Positions 31,406 to 41,995 of a stretch of DNA of 64,000 nt are shown in pieces. The notes under the pieces are model-generated. The model saw nothing but the letters and a program-made list of their open reading frames with translations, had not been told where the DNA came from and did no database searches. Position 1 is the first letter of the stretch. Each line of letters opens with the position of its first letter. Location: contig CBDDDG010000014.1 in NCBI GenBank assembly GCA_965226555.1, positions 1 to 64,000 on the forward strand. Reading direction: 5' to 3'. This DNA comes from Salinispira sp. (GTDB lineage: Bacteria; Spirochaetota; Spirochaetia; DSM-27196; Salinispiraceae). Position numbers and translations under genes: made by a program.

Positions 31406-32353
31406 CTACAGGAACCAGAAAAGGAGCAGTAAATACTCAATAATTCTATTGTTAATAAAGAGGCCGATGATAAAAAGCAGAAGTGCCAGTACCTGATGCC
31501 CCACTGCCCGTTTTTGGCTTTTTTTGAGTAATTCTTCCGAATTTCCGTTTGTATACACATGCCCGGCAAAGGAATCGCTGCCTCCCTGCGTTTCATAGCC
31601 CCATGAATGAGGCAGTTTCAGGAGATCAGCCTCAATAAGGTACCGATACCCCAGCCGCCAATATCTTCGATAGAGAAGAAAGAAAAAAATTCCGGGAGGC
31701 ATGAGGATGAGAGCTGGAAGAATAGCGAGAAACGAAAGAGTAATAAACTGACTACTGTTAACAAGATTCCGAATTGAAAACAGAAGAAGCAGAAATTCCA
31801 CCAGCATTCCCACAAGAAGGGAGGGGGCGGTAATAGTGCTCCAATAGGGATTGTTCTGCCTTCCCGCGCGCATAACCTGTGAAATAAAATGGGGAAGACC
31901 AACATCGTGAATGACAACGATCAGATCATCATCGGGAACCATTCCAAACACGGGCAGATCAGACTCAAGCGTGAGCATTCCGGCAACGAAAAATCGGATT
32001 CCCTCAGAAAGGCTGCTGAAATTCTGCCACTTACTGTAGCGGATTGACCCCTCTTCGGTCTGAAAGCTGCCGCCAGGCAGATTATAGACGATGCGGTTTT
32101 TCAGATTAATCCGCACCCGCCGTTTGCCGTCATTCAGCCATACAATATCCTTTCCCTCTATTGCCTCAAGCTCGCCAAAAAAGCGATAGCGCGCATGTGT
32201 CGGATCGCCTTCGGCATATATGGGAAGATATCCGGCATCAATAATTAAACGGCGGAATGTGCGCCACCGGAGAAGCTCCACGAGCGCTCCTGCCCCGGGT
32301 ATAATGAGGTAGCACAGGGCAGCGGTAATTATTCCTGCTATTATAAAGTTCAT
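31406..32353 (-). CDS. hypothetical membrane protein
   Basis: 315 aa with several hydrophobic segments. Confidence 0.75.
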   Translation of the reverse strand: MNFIIAGIITAALCYLIIPGAGALVELLRWRTFRRLIIDAGYLPIYAEGDPTHARYRFFGELEAIEGKDIVWLNDGKRRVRINLKNRIVYNLPGGSFQTEEGSIRYSKWQNFSSLSEGIRFFVAGMLTLESDLPVFGMVPDDDLIVVIHDVGLPHFISQVMRAGRQNNPYWSTITAPSLLVGMLVEFLLLLFSIRNLVNSSQFITLSFLAILPALILMPPGIFFFLLYRRYWRLGYRYLIEADLLKLPHSWGYETQGGSDSFAGHVYTNGNSEELLKKSQKRAVGHQVLALLLFIIGLFINNRIIEYLLLLFWFL

Positions 32354-32416
32354 GACGGAACGAAAACCCTCTACACGTATATGGTTGGCGAGATATTCAC
32401 GAGTATTGTATATGTT

Positions 32417-32881
32417 TCAGATCAGGAAATCAAGAAAAAGGGCGGTTTTGCTGTTATGAAGACCAAAGTTAAGCCCCTGATCTTCCACCAGCGGTTCAAG
32501 GGTGTTCTCATCCTGATATTGCCGCGCATAATGAGCAGTAAGGCGGTCAATGGATTCAGTACTCATTGATGCAACATCAATCTTCTCTTCGCCCCTTCCT
32601 TCGACAAGTTTGTTAATAAGAATATCAAGCATGCGCAGGCGGAGGGAAGAATAGGTAGATTTATGAGAAGAAATGGGAGTAACCGAAATATGCTTGTAGT
32701 TATGATACACCGATGTATCATTGGCATATAATGAAACCTTGCCGCCGCCCGTCTGCGGGCGGAGCATCTGACTCAGCGAAACAGCATTGACGGATCGCAC
32801 ATTGTGCTGGGTCGCATTCTCATACTGGGTTGTGTTCTCGTAATGGAGCGCATTCTCGTAATGGAGCGGATTAATTACCAT
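32417..32881 (-). CDS. hypothetical protein with N-terminal 6 aa repeats
   Basis: HYENAL/HYENTT/QYENAT tandem repeats. Confidence 0.65.
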   Translation of the reverse strand: MVINPLHYENALHYENTTQYENATQHNVRSVNAVSLSQMLRPQTGGGKVSLYANDTSVYHNYKHISVTPISSHKSTYSSLRLRMLDILINKLVEGRGEEKIDVASMSTESIDRLTAHYARQYQDENTLEPLVEDQGLNFGLHNSKTALFLDFLI

Positions 32882-32912
32882 ACTCTATTTTCGGTAAGAT
32901 GTTTGAAAAATA

Positions 32913-33284
32913 TTAGTTGCTGCGTTCCAGCTCGTTCTGATACTCAATTGTATACAGCGCGTAGGGTATGGCTTCTAGGCGCTCATGGGGAATGGGGGTG
33001 CCGGTTTTCAGACAAATGCCGTATGTACCGTTTTCTATGCGTAACAGAGCCGCTTCAATAAGGTTGAGACGCTTTTTATCCTGCGCCGACAGAAGTGAGA
33101 GTATTTTTTTATCGATATCTGAATTCGCGGCATCTGCCAAATCCATGGGTTCGGAACTTGAGGCTAATTCAAAAAAATCGGCATGTTCATGAGCAAGGTT
33201 CCGGATGATTTCCTGCCTCATCTGCACAAGTTTTTCTTTCATCTTTGTAATAAATGCTTTGTCCACTATATACTCCGTAAACAC
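32913..33284 (-). CDS. dksA: TraR/DksA family regulator (start uncertain)
   Basis: DLADAA coiled-coil tip and GTYGIC..IPHERLEAIPYA. Confidence 0.88.
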   Translation of the reverse strand: MFTEYIVDKAFITKMKEKLVQMRQEIIRNLAHEHADFFELASSSEPMDLADAANSDIDKKILSLLSAQDKKRLNLIEAALLRIENGTYGICLKTGTPIPHERLEAIPYALYTIEYQNELERSN

Positions 33285-33294
33285 CGAGAAAATT

Positions 33295-33753
33295 TCACTG
33301 AGTAACGTTGGACTGAGTAATTGTGTGCAGATTGGTAGGCGGGAGCATCACTATGGGTAATCCGGCTCTTGCGGTTGTGGAACTAATAAGTTCCCGCAAA
33401 TACGGAAAAATGTGCGCAGGCGCATGTATTTTTGCAAAATCCGGTAATGAAACATTTTGGGGTTCTTCAGTATTCAGTATGTTTTTCTGATTAAATTGAA
33501 TATCCAAACTTTTTTCGTACAATTCATTTTTTCGTTCAAACTCAATATTTTTGAGGATCATATTGACATATGATAGTTCAAAAATTAATTTCAAGTAAGC
33601 GGCAGAAGAGTTATCGCTGTCAATTACATAATAATAATCATCTTCAAAATCGTTTGCGTAATCTTCTTCAGCTGAGAGGGAGAAAAACGAATAGGGGAAT
33701 TCCACCCGCAGCTCGCTGAGCGCAATTTTTGCCCATTCTTTAGCTTTGTTCAT
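33295..33753 (-). CDS. second SecB-like chaperone
   Basis: HAPAHIFPYLRELISSTTARAGLPIVMLPPTN motif. Confidence 0.8.
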   Translation of the reverse strand: MNKAKEWAKIALSELRVEFPYSFFSLSAEEDYANDFEDDYYYVIDSDNSSAAYLKLIFELSYVNMILKNIEFERKNELYEKSLDIQFNQKNILNTEEPQNVSLPDFAKIHAPAHIFPYLRELISSTTARAGLPIVMLPPTNLHTITQSNVTQ

Positions 33754-33961
33754 ATTCAAGACCACCTAACGCTTCTTTGAATGTGCTTAATGCCTTGAGG
33801 CTCTCATTCATAGTATATGGAGAAATACCACTTATTCAGAAAAAGGTCAACCACATCAGAACTTCCTGTGCGAATTCAACATTTGAAGTGCACATTCTTC
33901 TGCCGTTTGATATAATGTGACAAAGTTTCTTGTGAGAAAATTATTCAGGACAGGGGGGGCC

Positions 33962-35704
33962 ATGTCAGATACGGAAACGCGCAGGGGTTTTGAAAAAATT
34001 CAACTGAACAATAATAATCTTGTTTTTGCGGATATTATGTCCAACGGCAAAAAATATATTGTGCCCCGCTTTCAGCGCGATTATTCATGGAACGTGGAGC
34101 AGTGGGATGAGCTCTGGCGGGATATTGAAGACATGCGGAAAAATCGATCCCAGCATTTCATGGGCTACCTCGTTTTTCAGGAAAATATGGAAGCGGCCTT
34201 TCGAGTCTTTCATGTTATTGATGGGCAGCAGCGCCTGACGACATTATCCCTCATAATTGTGGCAGTGCTCAACCGACTGCGTGAGCTGGTCAACAATACT
34301 GTTGAGGCAGAAGATAACATTAGTCGAATCGACATGTATCAGAAATCCTATTTGGGTGTTACCGACCCCAGCACACCCCGCATAAAAGACCCAAAACTGC
34401 GCCTTAACCGGCATAATGACCAAACCTTCCGCATACTTGCCGAGCGGCTGGAGGCCTTATCGGAACAGAACATGATGGCAACGAATGTGCTTATTCACGA
34501 GACATTTGAATTTTTCCGAAAAAAACTGAAGCATTATCAGTCCGGCGCAGAGCTCGCCGCCATGGTGAACGATATTTCACAGGGGCTCCTTTTCACGACC
34601 ATAACCGTAACTGACGATCTGAGCGCCTACGCCATGTTTGAAACCCTGAATGCGCGGGGCGTGAGTCTTTCTACCCCCGATCTGCTGAAGAACTATCTGC
34701 TCTCAACCATGGTGAGCGCCGATAGTTATTCGGAAGATGAATTGGAAGATATTGAAGAACATTGGGCACATATCCTCAAGCAGCTTGGAGAGACCGAGTT
34801 CAACAATTTTCTACGGAGTTACCGAGGACTACGGGATAAACTGGTACCAAAAAAAGAGCTTTTCCGCACCTTGAAGAAAGATATTTCTTTGCCGCAGGAT
34901 GTGCAGCCCTACCTGTACGACTTACAGAAATATGCGCCGGTCTATGCCGCGCTGCAAAATCATCAGGATACTTTTTGGAACAGACAGGAGGGGAAGTACC
35001 GAGATGTCTGTCCGCATCTGGAACTATTGAAATTATTCAATGTCAAAACCCCCCTCACCATCCTCATGGCAGGCTACATGAAATTATCGGCGCCGGATTT
35101 TATAAAACTGGCGCGCTGCATTGCCGTGGTAACCATTCGGTATAATGTTATTCTCCATAATCATCCCAATGTACAGGAAGCAACCTACAACGGAATGGCA
35201 CATACGCTCATGAATAACACGGCTACAGTGAATGATCTCATAAAGATGCTGGAACCCGTCTATCCCGACAATAAAAACTTTGCCGAAAACTTTGCGGTAC
35301 TGGACATGCCCGGCCGCGCTGCCGGCAAGAGAATACGCTTTCTGCTGAGAAAAATAGAGGCGCAGCTCAGCGAAGGGCAGGAACCGCCTGAAACCCTGAC
35401 CGTGGAACATGTGCTCCCCTTCACCCCCAGCCCCCAGTGGCAGAAGTATTTCGGCATTGATAACTATGCGCAGGCAACTGCCCGTCTGGGCAACATGGCC
35501 CTCGTGAAGAATAGCGATCGCATGGGGCAGGAATCCTTTCAGGAGAAACGGAAAGTGCTGGAAGCAAGCGGATATAAGATCAACGCCCACATTGCCGAAT
35601 ATGCGGAATGGGATATGGATGCTCTGGCAAAACATCAGCAGTGGCTGGAGCGGAAAGCGCAGGTAGTGTGGAAAATATCTCAACTGGAAAAGGAGGCATT
35701 GTGA
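33962..35704 (+). CDS. DUF262+DUF1524 GmrSD/SspE-like modification-dependent nuclease
   Basis: VPRFQRDYSW, DGQQR and FETLNARG; C-terminal EHVLP..LGNMAL. Confidence 0.9.
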   Translation: MSDTETRRGFEKIQLNNNNLVFADIMSNGKKYIVPRFQRDYSWNVEQWDELWRDIEDMRKNRSQHFMGYLVFQENMEAAFRVFHVIDGQQRLTTLSLIIVAVLNRLRELVNNTVEAEDNISRIDMYQKSYLGVTDPSTPRIKDPKLRLNRHNDQTFRILAERLEALSEQNMMATNVLIHETFEFFRKKLKHYQSGAELAAMVNDISQGLLFTTITVTDDLSAYAMFETLNARGVSLSTPDLLKNYLLSTMVSADSYSEDELEDIEEHWAHILKQLGETEFNNFLRSYRGLRDKLVPKKELFRTLKKDISLPQDVQPYLYDLQKYAPVYAALQNHQDTFWNRQEGKYRDVCPHLELLKLFNVKTPLTILMAGYMKLSAPDFIKLARCIAVVTIRYNVILHNHPNVQEATYNGMAHTLMNNTATVNDLIKMLEPVYPDNKNFAENFAVLDMPGRAAGKRIRFLLRKIEAQLSEGQEPPETLTVEHVLPFTPSPQWQKYFGIDNYAQATARLGNMALVKNSDRMGQESFQEKRKVLEASGYKINAHIAEYAEWDMDALAKHQQWLERKAQVVWKISQLEKEAL

Positions 35705-36462
35705 ATATTCAGGACGTAGACGAATGGTTTCAGAATCTGCTTTCAATACCGGAGTTTACCAAAATAGATTCCAGCGCCAACGGAATTCAGGTTGGGCACA
35801 ATATATCAGCAATAAAAAAAATAGCATTCGCTGTTGATGCCTGTCGTGAAACCTTTATGCGCAGTGAAGACGCCGATGTACTTGTTGTTCATCACGGATT
35901 GTTCTGGGGACGGGAACAATGCCTGCGGGGCTATCACTATGAACGTATCCGCTTTCTCATGGAACATGGCATTGCTCTTTACGCAATACACCTCCCGCTG
36001 GATGCCCACAACACAGTAGGGAACAACTACGGAATGGCGCATTTCCTCGGAATGGAAGACCTGAGCCCCTTTGGGTTTTTTAAGGGTACGGCAATCGGCG
36101 TAAGCGGTATGCTGCCTGAAAAACGGGAGCTGTCTGACATTCAGCGGACACTCTTTGGGAGTTCTGTCTTGGGGACACTTCCCTTCGGCACAGATACAAT
36201 AGGCTCAGCCGCAATTGTATCCGGCGGGGGAACCTTCGCCGTTGATGAGGCAATAGAAAAAGGCATTGATCTTTTTATAACCGGAGACGCATCGCACAAC
36301 ATATATCACCGTTGCCTTGAAGCGCGAATTAATGTTATATTTGCAGGACACTATGCAAGCGAAATATGGGGAGTTAAACTGCTTATGGAACATTTTCTTC
36401 AGGGTCCGGGCGCGGAATGTGGAATTGGCGCTGAATTCATTGATCTTCCGACCGGATTGTAG
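35701..36462 (+). CDS. Nif3-like dinuclear metal protein
   Basis: NGIQV, HHG, HLPLDAH and GHY..E motifs. Confidence 0.92.
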   Translation: MNIQDVDEWFQNLLSIPEFTKIDSSANGIQVGHNISAIKKIAFAVDACRETFMRSEDADVLVVHHGLFWGREQCLRGYHYERIRFLMEHGIALYAIHLPLDAHNTVGNNYGMAHFLGMEDLSPFGFFKGTAIGVSGMLPEKRELSDIQRTLFGSSVLGTLPFGTDTIGSAAIVSGGGTFAVDEAIEKGIDLFITGDASHNIYHRCLEARINVIFAGHYASEIWGVKLLMEHFLQGPGAECGIGAEFIDLPTGL

Positions 36463-36471
36463 GGGCACATA

Positions 36472-37056
36472 ATGAAAAAATATCACTTTCGCCCCCTCAT
36501 TCTCACGTCTATAATTATCTTTTTTGATCAGCTTACAAAACTTATCATTATCCGAACAATTCCATTGAACAGCATCGGGGCCGCGTTCGCCGGAGATTTT
36601 TTCAGAATAATTCATGTCCGTAATCTCGGAGCTGCCTTCAGTTTGGGTGAGGGTTTGCCCCCCGTCCTGCGGATTGCCCTTGTGATCATCCTCCCTGTTG
36701 CTCTCATTATCGGTATTGTTGTATGTATTATTCGTTCAGATGATCTCACAACAGTGCAGCGCTGGCTTCTTGCGGGAATTGCCGGCGGCGGAATAGGCAA
36801 TGTGTTTTTCGACAGAATTTTCCGTCCCCTCGGGGTCGTGGATTTTCTGGATTTCAAGTTCTACGGATTGTTCGGATTTGATCGCTGGCCGACCTTTAAT
36901 GTTGCCGATAGCGCAACGGTTATCTGCGGCACCCTGTTAATGATTAATCTGATATTCGGCAAACAGCACAGCCATGAAAATAACAGCCCTAATGAAGAAA
37001 ACAGTGAAAAACCCGATGGAGGAACCAATGGAGGACACAGTGGAAGAGAACAATGA
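36472..37056 (+). CDS. lspA: lipoprotein signal peptidase
   Basis: DQLTK, NLGAAFS, GVVDF and FNVAD motifs. Confidence 0.95.
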   Translation: MKKYHFRPLILTSIIIFFDQLTKLIIIRTIPLNSIGAAFAGDFFRIIHVRNLGAAFSLGEGLPPVLRIALVIILPVALIIGIVVCIIRSDDLTTVQRWLLAGIAGGGIGNVFFDRIFRPLGVVDFLDFKFYGLFGFDRWPTFNVADSATVICGTLLMINLIFGKQHSHENNSPNEENSEKPDGGTNGGHSGREQ

Positions 37057-37381
37057 GCAGAAAAACACCCCGCAAAACACCCAGAACAATAGAACGATTA
37101 ACAAGAAACTCAATTCTGTTTTCTTCATTATTGGAGCAACGGTACTGAACCTAGTGATAATGATCGGCATTTTTATACTACTGACAATACTATACGGCCG
37201 CTTCCTCGCGCCTCATTTAGCGAATCAGACATCGGGACAGATTATTCTTGTGTTTATCTTTTTCATTTCGGTTATTGGCTCATATGTATTTTATCATCTT
37301 TTCATAAAATGGATTTCCAACAAGATAGACATGGAGAAGTATTTCGATCCTATTTTCAGACCGGGAAGGAAAAAGAGATAG
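37028..37381 (+). CDS. small two-TM membrane protein
   Basis: GGAGG SD, two hydrophobic helices and MEKYFDPIF tail. Confidence 0.7.
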   Translation: MEDTVEENNEQKNTPQNTQNNRTINKKLNSVFFIIGATVLNLVIMIGIFILLTILYGRFLAPHLANQTSGQIILVFIFFISVIGSYVFYHLFIKWISNKIDMEKYFDPIFRPGRKKR

Positions 37382-37408
37382 GACAGCTGTTGTTTGGCGG
37401 GAGCTGCC

Positions 37409-37457
37409 GTTTTGCCTTGGAAAATTGCGCTTGCGCAATTTCCAGTAGCAAAACTTT
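37409..37457. repeat. long-form hairpin repeat
   Basis: TTTTGCCTTGGAAAATTGCGC-TT-GCGCAATTTCCAGTAGCAAAA; near-identical copy at 39463-39506. Confidence 0.85.
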
Positions 37458-37541
37458 GTGAATGCAAAACTTTCTTTGGGATATTACTGTTTGATCAGCC
37501 CGGACGCATGGCGAACCGGATGCTTGGGCGAGCAGCGCCAA

Positions 37542-38591
37542 TTAATGCGATCCGTTCCGCACTGTCCGCATTTCCTCATCGCTCAGCCCGGTAACATCCT
37601 GAATGTCATGGGCTGAAAATCCTTTGGAAAACATACTGCGGGCGTTTTTTCTCCGCTCTTCAATATGCCCCTCAGCGCGGCCTGTTCGCAATCCTTTCAG
37701 AATGCCCTCAGCCCGGCCCTTTGTGATACCCTGCTCAAGACCTTCAACACGGCCTTTCAGAATACCTTTCTCCATTCCTTTCAGAATGCCTTTCTCCATA
37801 CCTTCCCTCACGAAGGCGTTGGTTATGTTATATGTCCGCATACTGTTTTCTCCTTCAGGATATACTTCCCTGTCAATTTTCTCAAACTGCTCATACAGTC
37901 CCAAATCTTTTAGATAACCTAGCACACTCTCTGCCAGATCAGTAAAGTCTTGTGATGACAGACCGTTCAGGAGCTGCGCAATTTCTTTCAGCCCCTCAGC
38001 GTTCATTTCATTGTCTCGCATTATATACCACAACGCAGTCGATGTATATCGTTTTCCATCGAAACGCCATGCCAACTGTTTTTTGTCCATTCGCCTCAGA
38101 TCGCGCACAATGTACGACACTTTCACCTTGACATCTACCGTGCCTTCAGTCATGGATTCGGAAGCAGCATTTCCATGCGAACTGTAAAATGTGAGTGGGA
38201 GGTTCCATTCCTTTTTTCCATGGTAGAGCAGCAGTATATAGATAGCATCATTTTCATTGTACACATTGCTGTTTCTGAGGGCATACTGATAATTATCGAT
38301 TTGAGTGAGAGCATGTTTATTCAGGTAGCTTTTATGTTCAGTAATAAATAGAGCTTTTCGCTCGGGGTCTGACAAGAAGGGGGCGCTAACAACGAGATCG
38401 CAGTGAAGGTTCTTTTTTCCCGCAATGTAGCTGGGGTTTTCAATGCGGATTTTGTCCAGATCCAGCTTGGCAAGCGTTGTATCCTCACAGAACAGCCGCA
38501 GTAGGTCGGGAATCAGCCGGGGGGTTCTGTAGTAGGCGATCTTGAAGGCTATGTCGTGGATGTGGCCTGTGCTGTGGGATGATTTTTTCAT
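37542..38591 (-). CDS. Rpn/YhgA-family PD-(D/E)XK nuclease
   Basis: HDIAFK, CDL, EHKS and YHG motifs; C-terminal EG/KG repeats. Confidence 0.9.
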   Translation of the reverse strand: MKKSSHSTGHIHDIAFKIAYYRTPRLIPDLLRLFCEDTTLAKLDLDKIRIENPSYIAGKKNLHCDLVVSAPFLSDPERKALFITEHKSYLNKHALTQIDNYQYALRNSNVYNENDAIYILLLYHGKKEWNLPLTFYSSHGNAASESMTEGTVDVKVKVSYIVRDLRRMDKKQLAWRFDGKRYTSTALWYIMRDNEMNAEGLKEIAQLLNGLSSQDFTDLAESVLGYLKDLGLYEQFEKIDREVYPEGENSMRTYNITNAFVREGMEKGILKGMEKGILKGRVEGLEQGITKGRAEGILKGLRTGRAEGHIEERRKNARSMFSKGFSAHDIQDVTGLSDEEMRTVRNGSH

Positions 38592-38965
38592 AAATATCTC
38601 CTGCTATATCTATAACGGGAGAACTGTCATTTTTGACTATGTTTTTTGAGAGAATTTGAAAGAATGTTGTGTTTCGCAAAGGTGGATTGATATGAATTGC
38701 CTGGTAAGAGAGTATTCGGTGTTTCGGGAATTAAGGCAGGAGCAGCAGTTTCCGGCTGCGGGTGCGCAGAACAAAAACCTCTGCGAAAATGGGCAAAAAA
38801 GAAAAAGTGCTTGGCACAAACGAATTTTTTGATGATACTGGATCACAGTGGAGCTTAAAAAAACGCTATTTTAGCGATGCAGTGGGAAATACCCGTGTTT
38901 CCAGAGCTTCCCGTAACTTATCGTAACGCGGTTTTTACCGCATAACAATCTCAAGGAGGTAATTC

Positions 38966-39292
38966 ATGGGAACAGACAAGTCATTAAAGTGGTCATCAAG
39001 ACCATCTCCGGAACAGGTACGCAAATATCAAGAGAAATGGAATGAGCTTGATCATTATGTGTCGAATGAGAAATCCTTGGAAAAATTATTCACGGAGATA
39101 TATCCTGAAAATAATAATAGGGATGAAGTACTCATTAAAATTGGCGTGCTGAACTCCTTCCTAATGATGAGGATCACGTTCCAAAGCTCAGGAATTGTTA
39201 TTCGTTTGCAACAAAGTATTGTAGCCATCATTGTCCAGATGTCTATCCAATTTATGACGGCAATGTGGATGAAATACTCTATGCCGGAGTAG
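38966..39292 (+). pseudogene. deleted/frameshifted hypothetical gene
   Basis: N-terminus in one frame; a YSFATKYCSHH..YPIYD motif appears in another frame around 39195-39260. Confidence 0.6.
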
Positions 39293-39524
39293 CGGAACAA
39301 TTAGCCGCTTCCGAAACAATATAATCAAATACAAAGAAAGCATTCCTGACGGACGCATTGGCGAGCCGGATGCCCGGGCGCGCAACGCCGACCAGCCGTC
39401 ACTTGATCGAAAAAAGGCAGGCACGGATTTTTTTTCCGCGCATAAAAGAATATGCGCGGAAATTTTGCATTGGAAAATTGCGCTTGCACAATTTCCAGTA
39501 GCAAAAGGTTTTATTCTTGCAGGT

Positions 39525-41216
39525 TTATGGGGTATACCACGTTGGATAATTCGGTTGATCCCCACTATCGTCATTACTAGCCGGATTCGCATCCAAACCG
39601 GAATCCTTAAACATATCGGTTGTGGTTACCGAGTTATCCACCGCCCATCTCTCAAGATTTTGATTGAATTCGTCTGCCTTGTTGAACATCGCCGACATAT
39701 CCGTTACTGAACCGACATTCCAGCCAGAGATATCAATATTGAATACTTTTGCTCCAGCGAACATATAGGACATATTCGTTACCATACTGACATCCCAGCC
39801 GGAAATATCGCCATTGAATGCGTGTGCGTCAGTGAATATATAGGACATATTTATTACCGCGCTAACGTTCCAGTCGGATATATCGCCATTGAATGCCCTT
39901 GCTGAACGGAATATAGCTTCCATGTTCGTTACCGAACTGACATCCCAGCCAGAGATATCGCCATTGAATGCCGTTGCGGTAAAGAACATTTGTTTCATAT
40001 TTGTTACCCTGCCAGTATCCCATCGTGAAATATCGCCATTGAATGTGGTTCGATCACTGAACATATCGGACATATCCGTTACCGCAGTGGTAATAATGTA
40101 GTTGAGATTGGCAGTATTGCCCCAGATTCCGGAGTCATTGGTGTCGGTGATGTCTCCTATCGCCGCAGTTACCGCTGTTTTCAGTTGAGCGTTAGTAGCA
40201 GGGCTCACGGTAACAAAGAGATATTCGGCAAACCATACATCTCCATTTCCGTTTTCGCCATATACCAGATATGTTCCTGCTGTTGTACTTGCGCTAACCG
40301 TAACAATTCCGGTACCCGCATTAACAGTCGGAATGGTGACACTTGCGGGCGCAGTTGCGGGGGTAACCGTAATGGTTCCTGATATTTCATTGGCCGCAAG
40401 AGTGCCCGGTTCCACGGTGGTCAACTTAACGGTTGGATTCTCACGGGCAATTATGGCAGTATTGGCAGCCGAAAGGCTTAGCGATGCTGCCGTACCCCCA
40501 GGAGTCTGCTGCGCCGCAACAATTAACGGCGTTTCCGTTGCAATTTCCGACCATGTACCAGTGCCCTCGTTGTTCACGGCGCGCGCCTGTACTTCGTAGG
40601 AAGTGCCGTTTCTCAGGCCTCTAATGGTGTAGCTTGCGGCTGGCGCGGCGAGTACAATAATTTCCGACCAGTTGGTACCGCCGTCCGTGCTATGTCGCAG
40701 GTGGTATGCGGTAATTTCGCTGCCGCCGTTGTCGGCAGGCGCGCTCCATGCAACCAGTAAATGCCTGTTCCCCGGTTCAAGGGTTGGGGCAGCCATTGTA
40801 CCCGGCGCGGCAGGGGGCACAGTTGGCGCAATAGGGCGTGCCGTGGCAGATGCCGACCAGCCGCCAATGCCCTGCGCGTTGACGGCGCGTACCTGCACGG
40901 CATAATTCATGCCGTTTGTCAGCTCGGTAATGGTGTGGCTTGTGCCGGTAATACCGGATGTGATCTCTGTCCAGCTCTCGCTGTCGACTTGACGATAGCG
41001 CAGGTGATACTCAGTAATATCGTTTCCTAGGTTGTTGTCTCCCCAATTCCATGTGGCAGGATCGACCCACGATGCAGTAAGTTGGCCATTCCCCGCTTCG
41101 AGAGTTGGAGAATACATGGCAGGCGGCGTAGTCAGTATGGGACATCCCGCAAGCAATGTAATGGATATTGAGCAAAAAATGAAAAAGGTTATTCCTTTGT
41201 ACGACCTAATTCTCAT
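39525..41216 (-). CDS. surface lipoprotein: 2x FN3 + BspA/DUF285 repeats
   Basis: Lipobox LAGC, FN3 motifs and 25 aa repeats. Confidence 0.9.
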   Translation of the reverse strand: MRIRSYKGITFFIFCSISITLLAGCPILTTPPAMYSPTLEAGNGQLTASWVDPATWNWGDNNLGNDITEYHLRYRQVDSESWTEITSGITGTSHTITELTNGMNYAVQVRAVNAQGIGGWSASATARPIAPTVPPAAPGTMAAPTLEPGNRHLLVAWSAPADNGGSEITAYHLRHSTDGGTNWSEIIVLAAPAASYTIRGLRNGTSYEVQARAVNNEGTGTWSEIATETPLIVAAQQTPGGTAASLSLSAANTAIIARENPTVKLTTVEPGTLAANEISGTITVTPATAPASVTIPTVNAGTGIVTVSASTTAGTYLVYGENGNGDVWFAEYLFVTVSPATNAQLKTAVTAAIGDITDTNDSGIWGNTANLNYIITTAVTDMSDMFSDRTTFNGDISRWDTGRVTNMKQMFFTATAFNGDISGWDVSSVTNMEAIFRSARAFNGDISDWNVSAVINMSYIFTDAHAFNGDISGWDVSMVTNMSYMFAGAKVFNIDISGWNVGSVTDMSAMFNKADEFNQNLERWAVDNSVTTTDMFKDSGLDANPASNDDSGDQPNYPTWYTP

Positions 41217-41353
41217 ATGTGTTACCTCCTAAGGTAAAAAGATGATGAACTGAAATTATAAATTAGTTGGATGCTGATAGTCAAGAGAAATTTGCGTCAA
41301 TTCCGCGGTGTGAACGCGGAATGTTCCGGCATCGGTTTCCGCGGGCATCAGGT

Positions 41354-41995
41354 TCAGCGGGACAGGCGCTCCACGGCGTCGCGAGCCTGCGAGAGGTTGC
41401 CGTTGAGTTCGAGAGCCCGCCTATAGGCCTCAAGAGCATAATTCGGATCGCCGGCCTGTTCACGGACAAAGCCGAGGCGTTCCCAGGCATCAGCGTTGCC
41501 GGGCTCAAAATACAGCGCTGTGGAAATTGCTATGTCGGCTGCATGATATTCCTCAAAGCGGATATGTATTTCACCCATGAGCAGGTATATCTGATCAATG
41601 AAGTTTCCACTCGGACGCACAGCTGCATAGTCCTGAAGATACTGGAGCGCCGAAAGGTTGTTTCCCAATTCATACTGGGCTTCAGACATAATTGCGAGGA
41701 TTCGGTGATCATATCGGGATACATCAAGCCCCCTCTGCGCAGAGTCCACGGCGCCGGCCCAATCTCCCAGAGCCAGAAATGCCCAGCCCTGAACCGCATA
41801 GGCATCCATATTTCCCGGAGTTCTCGCAAGCTCTCTTTCGGTTATGCGGATAGATTCCGAGTAGTTGCCTTCACGGAAGCTCTGAAGGGCATCTTCCCGT
41901 TCTCTGCTTTGCGCTCCCATTGCCGGAAGTATCAGCATCGAAAATATCAGCATGAATAAGAGAAAAATTGGTGTGTATCTGTTCATATTTTTCAT
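41354..41995 (-). CDS. exported TPR protein
   Basis: Signal peptide and TPR consensus (P.NADAWERLG..ALEAYRRALEL). Confidence 0.85.
   Translation of the reverse strand: MKNMNRYTPIFLLFMLIFSMLILPAMGAQSREREDALQSFREGNYSESIRITERELARTPGNMDAYAVQGWAFLALGDWAGAVDSAQRGLDVSRYDHRILAIMSEAQYELGNNLSALQYLQDYAAVRPSGNFIDQIYLLMGEIHIRFEEYHAADIAISTALYFEPGNADAWERLGFVREQAGDPNYALEAYRRALELNGNLSQARDAVERLSR

Noticed and set aside
38810..38830. TGGCAC as a sigma54 promoter
   Set aside because: No GC at the -12 position.
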